DNA of 64,000 bases from Actinomycetota bacterium (lineage in GTDB: Bacteria; Actinomycetota; UBA4738; CALAEC01), in the NCBI GenBank assembly GCA_050692555.1, contig JBOGVS010000011.1, positions 8,241 through 72,240 of the forward strand, in the 5' to 3' direction. Of the stretch, positions 9,078 to 18,400 are shown one piece after another. Position 1 is the first letter of the stretch, and every line of letters begins with the position of its first letter. A program made the translations under genes and the position numbers. The notes beneath the pieces are model-generated. The model was given only the letters and a program-made list of their open reading frames with translations, searched no databases and was not told where the DNA came from.

Positions 9078-10289
9078 TCAGGTCTCCGTGCCCACGGGAG
9101 CAGGGACCTCGCGCGGCGATCGGGGGAGCCCCAGCCCGACGGTGGCGATGATCTCTCGCTGAACCTCGTTGACCCCGCCCCCGAACGTCAGGACCAGGGC
9201 GGACTGGTACACCCGCTCGAGCCGGCCGGACAGCACGGCGCCCGGCGACCCGGCCCGCAGCGTCCCGGCCTGCCCCACCACCTCGAGCAGCAGCCGGTAG
9301 GCCTCCACGAACAGCTCGGAGCCGTACACCTTCACCGCGGAGGCGTCCGCGGGGTTGAGGACTCCGGAGGACAGCTCCCAGGCCAGCCGCCAGTTCAGGA
9401 GCCGGAGGGCGTCGACCTTGGCCTTCACCCGGGCCAGCGCCAGGCGGGCCCACGGCTCGTCGATCACCGGCCGGCCGCCGGGACCGTTCGTCTCCCGAGC
9501 CCAGGCCACGACGTCGTCCAGCAGCCCCTCGACCCTCCCGGGCGGGGCCAGGGCCACCCGCTCGTGGTTGAGCTGGGCGGTGATCAGCCGCCACCCCTCG
9601 TTCTCCTTGCCGACCACCGCCGAGGCGGGGACGTGGATGTCCTCGTAGAACGTGGCGTTGGTGCGTCCGCCGTCGAGTGTCTCGATCGGGGTAACCTTGA
9701 ACCCGGGGAGCCCGGTGTCCACGATGAAGATCGTGATCCCCTTGTGCTTGGGCGCCTGGGGATCGGTCCGGGCGGCCAGCCAGATGTAGTCGGCGTCGTG
9801 GGCCCCGGTGGTGAACACCTTCTGGCCGTTGATCCGGTACCCATCTCCGTCGCGCACCGCCCGGGTGATCAGAGAAGCGAGATCGGTGCCCGAACCCGGC
9901 TCGGAGTACCCGATGGCGAAGTGGATCTCGCCGCGGAGGATCCCAGGGAGGAACTCGCGCTTCTGGTCCTCGCTGCCGAAAGCCATGAGGGTCGGACCCA
10001 CGGTGTTCAGGGTGACCACGGGGATGGGAGCGGTCGCTCGCCGGGCCTCGGAGAAGAAGATGAACTGCTCGACCGCCCCGCGGCCCTGGCCCCCGTACTC
10101 GGTGGGCCACCCGATGCCCAGCCAGCCGTCCTCGCCGATCTGCCTGGCGACACGCCGGTACACCGGGCCGCAGTGCTCGCCGGGACTGGGACCAAGCTCT
10201 TCCCTGATCTCGGGGGTGAGCAATCGATCGAAGTAGGCCCGGAGCTCGTCGCGGAGGGCCCGCTGCTCGGCGGTGTAGTCGAGGAACAC
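9078..10289 (-). CDS. acyl-CoA dehydrogenase
   Basis: 403 aa; MFLDYTAEQRALRDEL...YSEPGSGTDLASLITRAVRDGDGYRINGQKVFTTGA...GGGVNEVQREII. Confidence 0.9.
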   Translation of the reverse strand: MFLDYTAEQRALRDELRAYFDRLLTPEIREELGPSPGEHCGPVYRRVARQIGEDGWLGIGWPTEYGGQGRGAVEQFIFFSEARRATAPIPVVTLNTVGPTLMAFGSEDQKREFLPGILRGEIHFAIGYSEPGSGTDLASLITRAVRDGDGYRINGQKVFTTGAHDADYIWLAARTDPQAPKHKGITIFIVDTGLPGFKVTPIETLDGGRTNATFYEDIHVPASAVVGKENEGWRLITAQLNHERVALAPPGRVEGLLDDVVAWARETNGPGGRPVIDEPWARLALARVKAKVDALRLLNWRLAWELSSGVLNPADASAVKVYGSELFVEAYRLLLEVVGQAGTLRAGSPGAVLSGRLERVYQSALVLTFGGGVNEVQREIIATVGLGLPRSPREVPAPVGTET

Positions 10290-10292
10290 GGG

Positions 10293-11068
10293 CTACCTCG
10301 GTACCGGGGCCGATCCGCCCCACCCGATGAACGCAGTGGCTCCGCCGTCGATGACGAAGTCGGCGCCGGTGAAGTAGCTGGACTCGTCGGAGGCCAGGAA
10401 CACCATGAGCCCGGCCACGTCCTCGGTTCGTCCGACCCTCGCCGCCGGGATCTTCCCGAACAGCCCGTCGAGGTCCAGTCCGTCGAGACCCTGGGCCCGG
10501 ACCATCGGGGTGTCGATCACCCCCGGGGCCACCGCGTTCACCCGGATCTTCGAGGGACCGAGCTCCACCGCGGCAGACTTGGTCATCCCCCGGATGGCGA
10601 ACTTGCTGGCGCAGTAGGCCACCAGGCCCGCCGAGCCCCGGATACCCTCCACCGAAGAGACGTTGACGATCGAACCACCGCCGGCGTCCTTCATCGCAGG
10701 GACCGCCGTCCGCATCCCCAGGAACGCGCCGATCTGGTTCACCCGGATCACGGCCATGTAGTCGTCCAGCGAGGTGCCTTCCACGCCCCCGAACTTGAGG
10801 ATCCCGGCGTTGTTGATGAGCACGTCGAGGCGTCCGAACCGGTCTCGGACCTCCGACACCCCGGAGCTCCAGTCGTCCTCGCTGGTCACGTCGAGAGCGA
10901 GGTAGTGAGCTCCGTCCCCCAGCTCGGACGCCAGGGCCTTCCCGGGCTCGGAGGCCACGTCGGCGATGGCCACCCCGGCCCCCTCCTCCACGAACGAACG
11001 GGCCGTGGCCGCCCCGGATCCGCCCGCACCCCCGGTGATGAGCGCGACCTTCCCGTCGAGCCGGCCCA
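10293..11068 (-). CDS. SDR family NAD(P)-dependent oxidoreductase (3-alpha/20-beta-hydroxysteroid dehydrogenase-like)
   Basis: GTG start (VGRLDGKVALITGGAGGSG), catalytic YCASK, NNAG motif. The upstream part of the track ORF is spurious overlap. Confidence 0.85.
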
Positions 11069-11071
11069 CGC

Positions 11072-12226
11072 TCAGATCCCGATGCGCCGGGCCAGGAGGT
11101 CGCGATGGTACGTGGCGTCGCCCAGCAGCAGCTCGGACGACTTGGCCCGTCGGAAATACAGATGGGCGTCGTGCTCCCAGGTGAACCCGATCCCTCCGTG
11201 GACCTGGATGTTCTCGGAGGCCACGTCGAAGAAGGCGTCCGAGCAGAACGCCTTGGCCAGTGAGGCAACCACCGGGAGTTCCTCGTCGTCCTCCGCGGCG
11301 GCCACCAGCGCGTAGGCCACCGCCGCCCGGCCCGACTCCACCTGCACCAGCATGTCCGCGCACTTGTGCTTGATGGCCTGGAACATCCCGATGGGCCTGC
11401 CGAACTGCACCCGGTCCTTGGCGTAGGCCACCGCGGTGTCCAGGCACCGCTGCGCCCCGCCCACCATCTCCGCCGACAGACACACCGCGGCCTGGTCCAG
11501 GGTCATGGACAGCGCGGGCCACGCCGCCCCGGGCTCGCCGAGGGGCCGGGCAGTCACGTCGGTGAACGTCAGCTCCGCTTGCTTCCGGGTGGAATCCAGC
11601 ACCGGGAGGCTTGTTCGGGCCAGGCCGTCGGCGTCGCCGTCCACCACGAACAGGCCGACCCCCTCGGCCCCGGCGCTTCCCGGCGAGCGAGCGGCCACCA
11701 CGATGAGGCTCGCGGTGACGCCGTCGGTCACGTACGACTTGGTGCCGGAGAGCCGGTAGCCGTCACCGTCCGGGGTGGCCTCCATCCCGATGCCCTCGGC
11801 ATCCCACCTCCCGGCCGGCTCGGCCAGGGCGAGGGTGGCCACCGTCTCCCCCGAGGCGATCCGGGGAAGGAGCGCGGCCTTCTGTTCCTCGCTTCCGGCG
11901 GCCAGGATGGCGCCCGCGGCCAGGCACACCGTGGAGAAGAACGGAGCGCACAGCAGGGCCCCACCCATCTCCCCCAGCACGATCCCCAGCTCGACGAACG
12001 AGAAGCCCTGGCCTCCGTACTCCTCGGGGATGTGGATCCCCTGGAGGGCCAGCTCCTGGGCCATCTGCTTCCACACGGCCTCGTCGAAACCCTCTTGCGT
12101 CTCCATGAGCCGGCGAACCTCGGAGGAGGGGGACTTCTCGTCGAGGAACCGCCGCACGGTTCGACGGAGCTCCTCCTGCTCGTCGGTCAGCGCCAAGCTC
12201 ACGGCTTCTCGCTCCCCACGATCCAC
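11072..12226 (-). CDS. acyl-CoA dehydrogenase
   Basis: 384 aa; LTDEQEELRRTVRRFLDE...ACAD fold...HGGIGFTWEHDAHLYFRRAK. Confidence 0.85.
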   Translation of the reverse strand: MDRGEREAVSLALTDEQEELRRTVRRFLDEKSPSSEVRRLMETQEGFDEAVWKQMAQELALQGIHIPEEYGGQGFSFVELGIVLGEMGGALLCAPFFSTVCLAAGAILAAGSEEQKAALLPRIASGETVATLALAEPAGRWDAEGIGMEATPDGDGYRLSGTKSYVTDGVTASLIVVAARSPGSAGAEGVGLFVVDGDADGLARTSLPVLDSTRKQAELTFTDVTARPLGEPGAAWPALSMTLDQAAVCLSAEMVGGAQRCLDTAVAYAKDRVQFGRPIGMFQAIKHKCADMLVQVESGRAAVAYALVAAAEDDEELPVVASLAKAFCSDAFFDVASENIQVHGGIGFTWEHDAHLYFRRAKSSELLLGDATYHRDLLARRIGI

Positions 12227-13356
12227 ATGGCGAAGAACTGCGAGCCTCCACCGTACGCGTGTCCGAGGGCCCGGCGGGCCCCGTCCACCTGGTGCTCACC
12301 GGCCCGGCCGCGGACCTGGAGGGCGGCCTCGGCGAACCGGAGCATCCCCGAGGCGCCGATGGGGTTCGTGGACATCACCCCGCCGGACGCGTCGATGGGG
12401 ATGTCTCCGTCCAGCGCGGTGGCGTCCTCGTCCACGAGCTTCCAGCCCGCTCCCTCGTCCGCGAACCCCAGGTTCTCGAGCCACATAGGCTCGTACCAGG
12501 AGAACGGAACGTAGATCTCCGCCACGTCGATGTCCCGCCGGGGATCGGTGATCCCGGCCTGGCCGTACACGTCGGCCGCACAGTCCCGTCCGGCACGGGG
12601 GTTGACCTCGTCCCGGCCGGCCACGCTGATGGCTTCGCTCCGTACCGCCGTGGCGTGGACCCAGGCCGGAGGGGTGGGAGCGAACGAGGCCGCGTCGTCC
12701 GAAGCCAGGACCATGGCGCAGGCGCCGTCGGAGGCGGGGCAGGTCTCCAGGTACCGGATCGGTTCCCACAGCATCGGTGAGTCCGAGACCTGCTCGAAGC
12801 TGATGTCCTCCTGGTGGAGGTGGGCATACGGGTTCTTGAGCGCGTTCAGCCGATCCTTCACGGCCACCTTGATGCCCACGTGGTCGGGAGCGCTCGAGCG
12901 ACGGATGTACTCCCGGATGTGGGGAGCGAAGTACCCGCCCGCTCCCGCCACCACCGGGGGGTTGAACGGGATCTTCGGAGCCAGGGCCCACATGGTGTCG
13001 CTCTCCGACTGCTTCTCGTATGCCACCGTGAGGACCCGCTCGTGGATCCCCGCCTGGATCAGGCTCGCGGCCACCACCGACGTGGATCCCCCAACGCTGC
13101 CGGCGGTGTGGACCCGGAGCATGGGCTTTCCCGTCGCGCCGAGCGCGTCGGCCAGGAACAGCTCGGGCATCATCACGCCCTCGAAGATGTCGGGGGCCTT
13201 GCCGATGACCACGGCGTCGATGTCGCTCCATCCCAGCCCCGCGTCCTCCAGGGCTCGGATGGCGGCCTCCCGGACCAGCCCGGGCATCGACACGTCGTCC
13301 CGCTCCGCGGCGTGCTTGGTCTGGCCGATCCCGATCACCGCGCAGGCCCTGCCCAC
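12199..13356 (-). CDS. thiolase-like lipid-transfer protein (Ltp3/Ltp4-type)
   Basis: Start GTG (VGRACAVIGIGQTKHAAERDD...); 386 aa; SCP-x/nonspecific lipid-transfer thiolase fold. The track ORF is extended upstream to 13761. Confidence 0.8.
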   Translation of the reverse strand: MGRACAVIGIGQTKHAAERDDVSMPGLVREAAIRALEDAGLGWSDIDAVVIGKAPDIFEGVMMPELFLADALGATGKPMLRVHTAGSVGGSTSVVAASLIQAGIHERVLTVAYEKQSESDTMWALAPKIPFNPPVVAGAGGYFAPHIREYIRRSSAPDHVGIKVAVKDRLNALKNPYAHLHQEDISFEQVSDSPMLWEPIRYLETCPASDGACAMVLASDDAASFAPTPPAWVHATAVRSEAISVAGRDEVNPRAGRDCAADVYGQAGITDPRRDIDVAEIYVPFSWYEPMWLENLGFADEGAGWKLVDEDATALDGDIPIDASGGVMSTNPIGASGMLRFAEAALQVRGRAGEHQVDGARRALGHAYGGGSQFFAMWIVGSEKP

Positions 13357-13388
13357 TAGACGGCCCCCTTCCGGGGCGCGCCCGCCAT

Positions 13389-14444
13389 CTACGCCGCCTC
13401 CAGCACGCACACCAGGTTCTGCTGGAGACACGGACCCGAGGTGGCGTGGGCCACGGCCCGCGTTGCCCCGTGCTCCGTGATCCGGGTGGCGGCCTCCCCG
13501 ATCCGGGTCAGCCCGGCGACCATCACGGGATTGGCCGCCTGCGCGCCGCCCGAGGGGTTGACGGCCACCTCGTCGCCCAGGCCCAGCGCGTGGCGAAGGA
13601 TCAGCTCCTGGTGGGTGAACGGAGCATGGAGCTCGGCGAGGTCCACCGAACCGTCGGAGACACCGGCGAATCGCCCCGCCTGGCTGGTCGACGGCGAGGT
13701 CGCCAGATCCCTGACTCCCAGCGAGTGGGGCTCGATGCGATGGTCGATGCCGCGGATCCACGCGGGTCGGCCGGTCAGACGCCCGGCCAGGTCGCCGGCG
13801 GCCAGCACCACAGCGGCGGCGCCGTCGGAGATCGGCGGACAGTCGTGCTTCCGAAGCGGGGACACCAGGTACGGCTCGGACAACAGGTCTTCGGCCTTCC
13901 GATCCCCGGTCACCTGGGCGTTGGGATTGGACAGCGCGTCGCGCCGGCTCCGCGCGGCAACCTCGGCCAGGTCCGCCTCGGTCCGCCCGGTGGCTTCCAG
14001 GAAGGCCCGGGCCTGGAGAGCCGCCAGGCTAACGGGATCCGGCCACAGCGGTGCCACGTAATAGGGGTCCAGCTGGATGGCCAGCACCTCGGCGAGATCG
14101 CCCGACGACGACTTGCCGAATGAGTAGACGAGAGCCGAGTCGATGTCGCCGTGCTGGAGCCGAACCCAGGCCTCGTACAGGGCCCAGGCTCCGTCCATCT
14201 CCACGTGGGACTCGCGGATCGGCGGCCATGCCCCGATCACGTCGAGCCCGGCCACGAAGGCGAAAGGGAGGCCCGCGGTGTAGTCGGCACTCCCGGAAAC
14301 GGTGAACGCGATCTCCTCCTTGGAGATGCCGGAGCGCTCCACCGCCTCGGCCACCACGGGGGCGAGGATCTCCACCTCGGTCCGCGCCTCGTCGCGCCGG
14401 ACGTTCGGTGCCTGGGCGAAGGAGACGACGGCCACGTCACGCAT
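13389..14444 (-). CDS. thiolase-like lipid-transfer protein (Ltp3/Ltp4-type)
   Basis: Start MRDVAVVSFAQAPNVRRDEARTE...; thiolase-like fold. The adjacent paralogue forms a pair with it. Confidence 0.8.
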   Translation of the reverse strand: MRDVAVVSFAQAPNVRRDEARTEVEILAPVVAEAVERSGISKEEIAFTVSGSADYTAGLPFAFVAGLDVIGAWPPIRESHVEMDGAWALYEAWVRLQHGDIDSALVYSFGKSSSGDLAEVLAIQLDPYYVAPLWPDPVSLAALQARAFLEATGRTEADLAEVAARSRRDALSNPNAQVTGDRKAEDLLSEPYLVSPLRKHDCPPISDGAAAVVLAAGDLAGRLTGRPAWIRGIDHRIEPHSLGVRDLATSPSTSQAGRFAGVSDGSVDLAELHAPFTHQELILRHALGLGDEVAVNPSGGAQAANPVMVAGLTRIGEAATRITEHGATRAVAHATSGPCLQQNLVCVLEAA

Positions 14445-14918
14445 CGGGCACACCCTCGATCTGACGCAACGGTGTGTCCGGCTCGCCGGTCGGCTTGAAG
14501 TACCGGATGCTCCCCAGCGTGGGCTCACGTTCGGCGGGGTCGGCCCACACGGCCTGAACCCGCATCCCCATGCGGACCTCCTGCGGATCGGCCTCCTGGA
14601 TCAGGTGGAACACCGGCGTGTCGGCGCCGTCGAGGAGTACCGACGCGCACACGTACGGGCACTCCACGGCCTGTCCGGCGAACGGCAGGTTCACCACGCA
14701 GAACGTGGAGATCGTGCCGCGGTCCGAGACATCCACGTCTCGCTCCGTGGGCACCCCGCATCTCGGGCAGACCTCTCGGGACGGGACGTACACCTTCCCG
14801 CAAGATCCGCAAGCCCGGCCGGTCAACCGCCCCCCGGCGACTTCACCCAGGAACGCGGACATGGCCCGCCCGGGGGTGTAGTCGTACTCGAGGCGGATCG
14901 GCGACACGAACGAGCGCA
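14437..14918 (-). CDS. DUF35 OB-fold/zinc-ribbon protein (Ltp partner)
   Basis: ...RACGSCGKVYVPSREVCPRCGV...GTISTFCVVN... zinc ribbon + OB fold. The GTG start is an estimate. Confidence 0.7.
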
Positions 14919-14954
14919 CGGGGTCGGCGGGGGCTTCGGCCGCACCCGCCCGGC

Positions 14955-15440
14955 TCACCGGGCCTCCTCGGGCTCGAAGCACTCGATGTCGGTGATGTGT
15001 CCCGACCGCTCGTCCCGCCAGCGAACCCGGACCCGCATCCCCGTTCGCATCGTGGATTCGTCGCCGGCGTCGACCGCGTGGAGCATGGCCGTGTCGGCGC
15101 CGTCCAGTCGAACGAGGGCCCAGGCGAACGGCCGGTCCAGTGGGTGCTTGGGCCGCGGTTCGGTGACCCACGCCCACGTGGTGACCTCTCCCGACGTTCC
15201 CACCTCGACGACGTCTCCGGTGGCCTCGCCGGTCTCCGGGTCGTACTCCGCGGGTGGGACCAGGACCTTGCCCGACGACGTCCGCACTCCCTCGATCCGG
15301 CCGTCCCGGAGCCCGGCCAGAAACCGGCCGATGACCGGCCCCACGCTGCGTTTATAGGGGTATTCGAGAACGTGAGGGGCGGAAAGAACCTCGGGATTCC
15401 CGGCAGCCTCCGGCATACGGAAAAGTAGAACACGTTCCAA
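14955..15440 (-). CDS. DUF35-like OB-fold protein (zinc ribbon cysteines degenerate)
   Basis: 161 aa; OB-fold C-terminal pattern GEVTTWAWV...GMRVRVRW but no CxxC pairs. It is the first gene after a KstR box. Confidence 0.6.
   Translation of the reverse strand: MERVLLFRMPEAAGNPEVLSAPHVLEYPYKRSVGPVIGRFLAGLRDGRIEGVRTSSGKVLVPPAEYDPETGEATGDVVEVGTSGEVTTWAWVTEPRPKHPLDRPFAWALVRLDGADTAMLHAVDAGDESTMRTGMRVRVRWRDERSGHITDIECFEPEEAR
15426..15439. promoter_or_regulatory. KstR-type operator TAGAACACGTTCCA
   Basis: 14-bp palindrome matching TnnAACnnGTTnnA, in the divergent promoter between the DUF35/ltp operon and the cyclase-STAND gene. Confidence 0.65.
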
Positions 15441-15489
15441 TCTTCGCCGTCAAGCACGCCGTAGGTGGCGATTGGGCATACTCCTCTAG

Positions 15490-18400
15490 TTGGAGGGGCA
15501 TCGCTTCACTTGGCGAGCCCAGGGCGTCATGCAGGCAAAGCCGGGTTCCGAAGCGACCTCCGAAGCCTCCATCCGCACGTTCCTGATCGCGGATATCCGG
15601 GGGTACACGCTCTTCACGGCGGAACGTGGAGATGAAGCCGCCGCCGAGCTGGCCACCAGGTTCGCCGCCGTGGCCAGGGAGGGCGTGGAATCCCGGGGCG
15701 GAACAGTCATCGAGCTGCGAGGGGACGAGGCGCTGGCGGTCTTCGACTCGGCCCGGCAGGCCATCCGGACGGCGATCGAGCTCCAGAGGCGGTTCGTGGA
15801 AGAGACGGTGGCCGATCCGAGGATGCCGCTTCCCGTCGGGATAGGGCTCGATGCCGGAGAAGCCGTGGCCGTCGAGGACGGGTATCGGGGCGGGGCGCTC
15901 AACCTGGCGGCACGACTCTGTTCCCTGGCAGCGCCCGCGGAGATCCTGGCAAGCAGGGAAGTGGTCCACCTGGCTCGGAAGGTGGACGGCGTCACGTCCG
16001 TCGATCGGGGATCGGTCCGACTGAAGGGCCTCACAGATCCGGTGCACGTCATCAGGCTGAGGGCCGAGGCCGAGGATGCGGCGGAGGACACGGCGTTCCG
16101 CCGGGCCCTGGGACCCTCCGCAGCCCAGCTCGCTCCAGTTGTTCCCGGTGTCATGGTTCCCAACCCGTACAAGGGCCTCCGTCCGTTCGAGGAGGGGGAC
16201 GCGCCCGACTTCTTCGGGCGGGAGGCCCTCACCGAGCAGCTGGTGGAGCGCTTGGGCGAGACGCGCTTCCTGGCGGTGGTCGGCCCCAGCGGGAGCGGGA
16301 AATCCTCCGTCGTGCGGGCCGGGCTGATCCCGGCCCTTCGGCGCGGGGCCCTCCCCGGTTCGGGTGATTGGCTGATCGTGGAGATGTTCCCCGGTGCTCA
16401 CCCGCTCGCTGAGCTGGAAGCCGGTCTGCTGCGGGTCGCGGTGAATCCACCAAGCAGTCTGATCGAGCAACTGGAGCGCGATGACCATGGGCTGCTCCGC
16501 GCAGCCAAACGGGTCCTGCCCGCCGGTGGCTCGGAGCTCGTGCTGCTCATCGACCAGTTCGAGGAGGTCTTCACGCTGGTCGAGGACGATGCGGCGCGGA
16601 CGCATTTCCTCGAGAGCCTCGAAGCGGCGGTCACCGAGCCCCACGGCCGCCTCCGCGTGGTCACCACACTGCGCGCCGACTTCTACGACCGACCCCTGCT
16701 CTACCGGGGCTTCGCCGAGCTGCTCCGCTCGCGGGTGGAGGCCGTGGTCCCGCTGTCGCCCGAGGAGCTGGAGCGGGCTATCTCGGGGCCGGCCAAACGC
16801 GTGGACATGAGGCTCGAGCACGGGCTGGTGGCCCAGATGCTGGCCGAGGTGGCCGACGAGCCCGGGGCCCTGCCTCTCTTGCAGTACGCGCTGACCGAGC
16901 TGTTCGAGCGTCGGGAGGACAGCGTCCTCAGCCTGGAGGCGTACCGGGCGATCGGGGGTGTCTCGGGAGCTCTGGGTCGCCGGGCCGAAGAGCTGTACGG
17001 AGACCTGGACGCGGAAGGCCGGGAGGCCGCCCGGCAGCTGTTCCTGCGCCTGGTGGCCCTGGGCGAGGGGACGGAGGACACCCGCCGCCCGGTGCTGCGG
17101 TCCGAACTCGTCTCCCTGGAGGTCGACCAGCAGGCCATGGCGGCCGTGATCGACTCGTTCGGAGCCTCGCGCCTGCTCTCCTTCGACCGGGACTCCCGCA
17201 CCGGGGCTCCAACGGTCGAGGTGGCCCACGAGGCCCTGCTCACGGCATGGGGCCGGCTCCGCCGGTGGATCGACGAGGCCCGCGAGGACCTCCGGACCGA
17301 GCGCCGCCTGGCCCTCGCCGCTCGTGAGTGGCTCGACGCGGGGCGCGACCGTTCCTTCCTGGCGAGCGGGTCGCGGCTGGAGCAGTTCGAGACGTTGCGG
17401 CAGAGCGGCGCCATCTCGATCACTCCTGAGGAGCGCGCCTTCGTGGAGGCCTCCCTTGCCGAGAGGGACCGCCGTCGGACGGAGGAGGAGGCCAGGCAGG
17501 CCCGGGAACATGCCCTGGAGCGCCGCTCCGTCCGCCGGCTTCGTGCCTTCGTGGCCCTCCTCGGGGCGGCGGTCCTGATCGCCAGCGGTCTCACGGTTTT
17601 CGCCTTCACCCAGCAGGAGCGGGCCGAGCGGGAGGGGACGGTCGCCGCCGCTCGAGAGCTCGCCGCCGCCGCGGTGGCCAACCTCGACGCAGACCCGGAA
17701 CGGAGCATCCTCCTGGCACTGGAAGCCATCGAGCGGACCCGATCCAGGGACGGAACCGTCCTCCCCGAAGCCGAGGAGGCCTTGCACCGCGCCGTGGTGG
17801 CCTCCCGGATCGTGTTGAGCGTGCCCGGAGTCGGTGGCTGGCTGGACTGGAGCCCGGACGGGACCAGGTTCGTGACCGAGGGCCCGGAGGAGACCGGGAT
17901 CGTCGACATCAGAAACGCGGAGACGGGCGAGTCGATGCTGTCGTTCACCGGACACCAGATGGATGTCAACGGGGTTACCTTCAGCAGCGATGGTTCCATG
18001 CTGGCCACCACCGGAGACGACGGCGCCGCCAAGATCTGGGATCCCCAGTCAGGAGAAGAGCTGGGGAGCGTTCAGGGGCCCGAGGGCGCGGTGCTGGGGC
18101 CCTCGTTCAGTCCGGACGGCTCTCTGGCCGCGGCGGCCTGGCTCGACGACGGCACGGTGCGGGTGTGGGACCCGGCCACGGGGCGGACGGTCCATGAGCT
18201 CCATCCCGTGCCGGGTCCATTCAGGACGTCCTTCAGCCCGGATGGCCGGCGGCTGGCGATCGCCGCGCTCGAGCCCCCCGTGGCCGTGGTCGTGGACGTC
18301 GCCTCCGGCAGGGAGGTCTTCACCCTGGAGGGCCACGACTTCGAGGTCCATGACGTCGATTGGAGCCCGGACGGCCGATGGATCGCCACGTCCAGCGTCG

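Noticed and set aside
8637-11315. 892-aa plus-strand ORF and 731-aa minus-strand ORF (9073..11268) spanning several ACAD/SDR genes
   Set aside because: They are out-of-frame or antisense shadows of real genes with clear family motifs. They have no domain signatures and extreme Arg/Gly/Pro content.
15352-17955. 867-aa minus-strand ORF antisense to the cyclase-STAND gene
   Set aside because: The sense-strand protein has coherent cyclase/P-loop/WD40 motifs. The antisense ORF is low-complexity.
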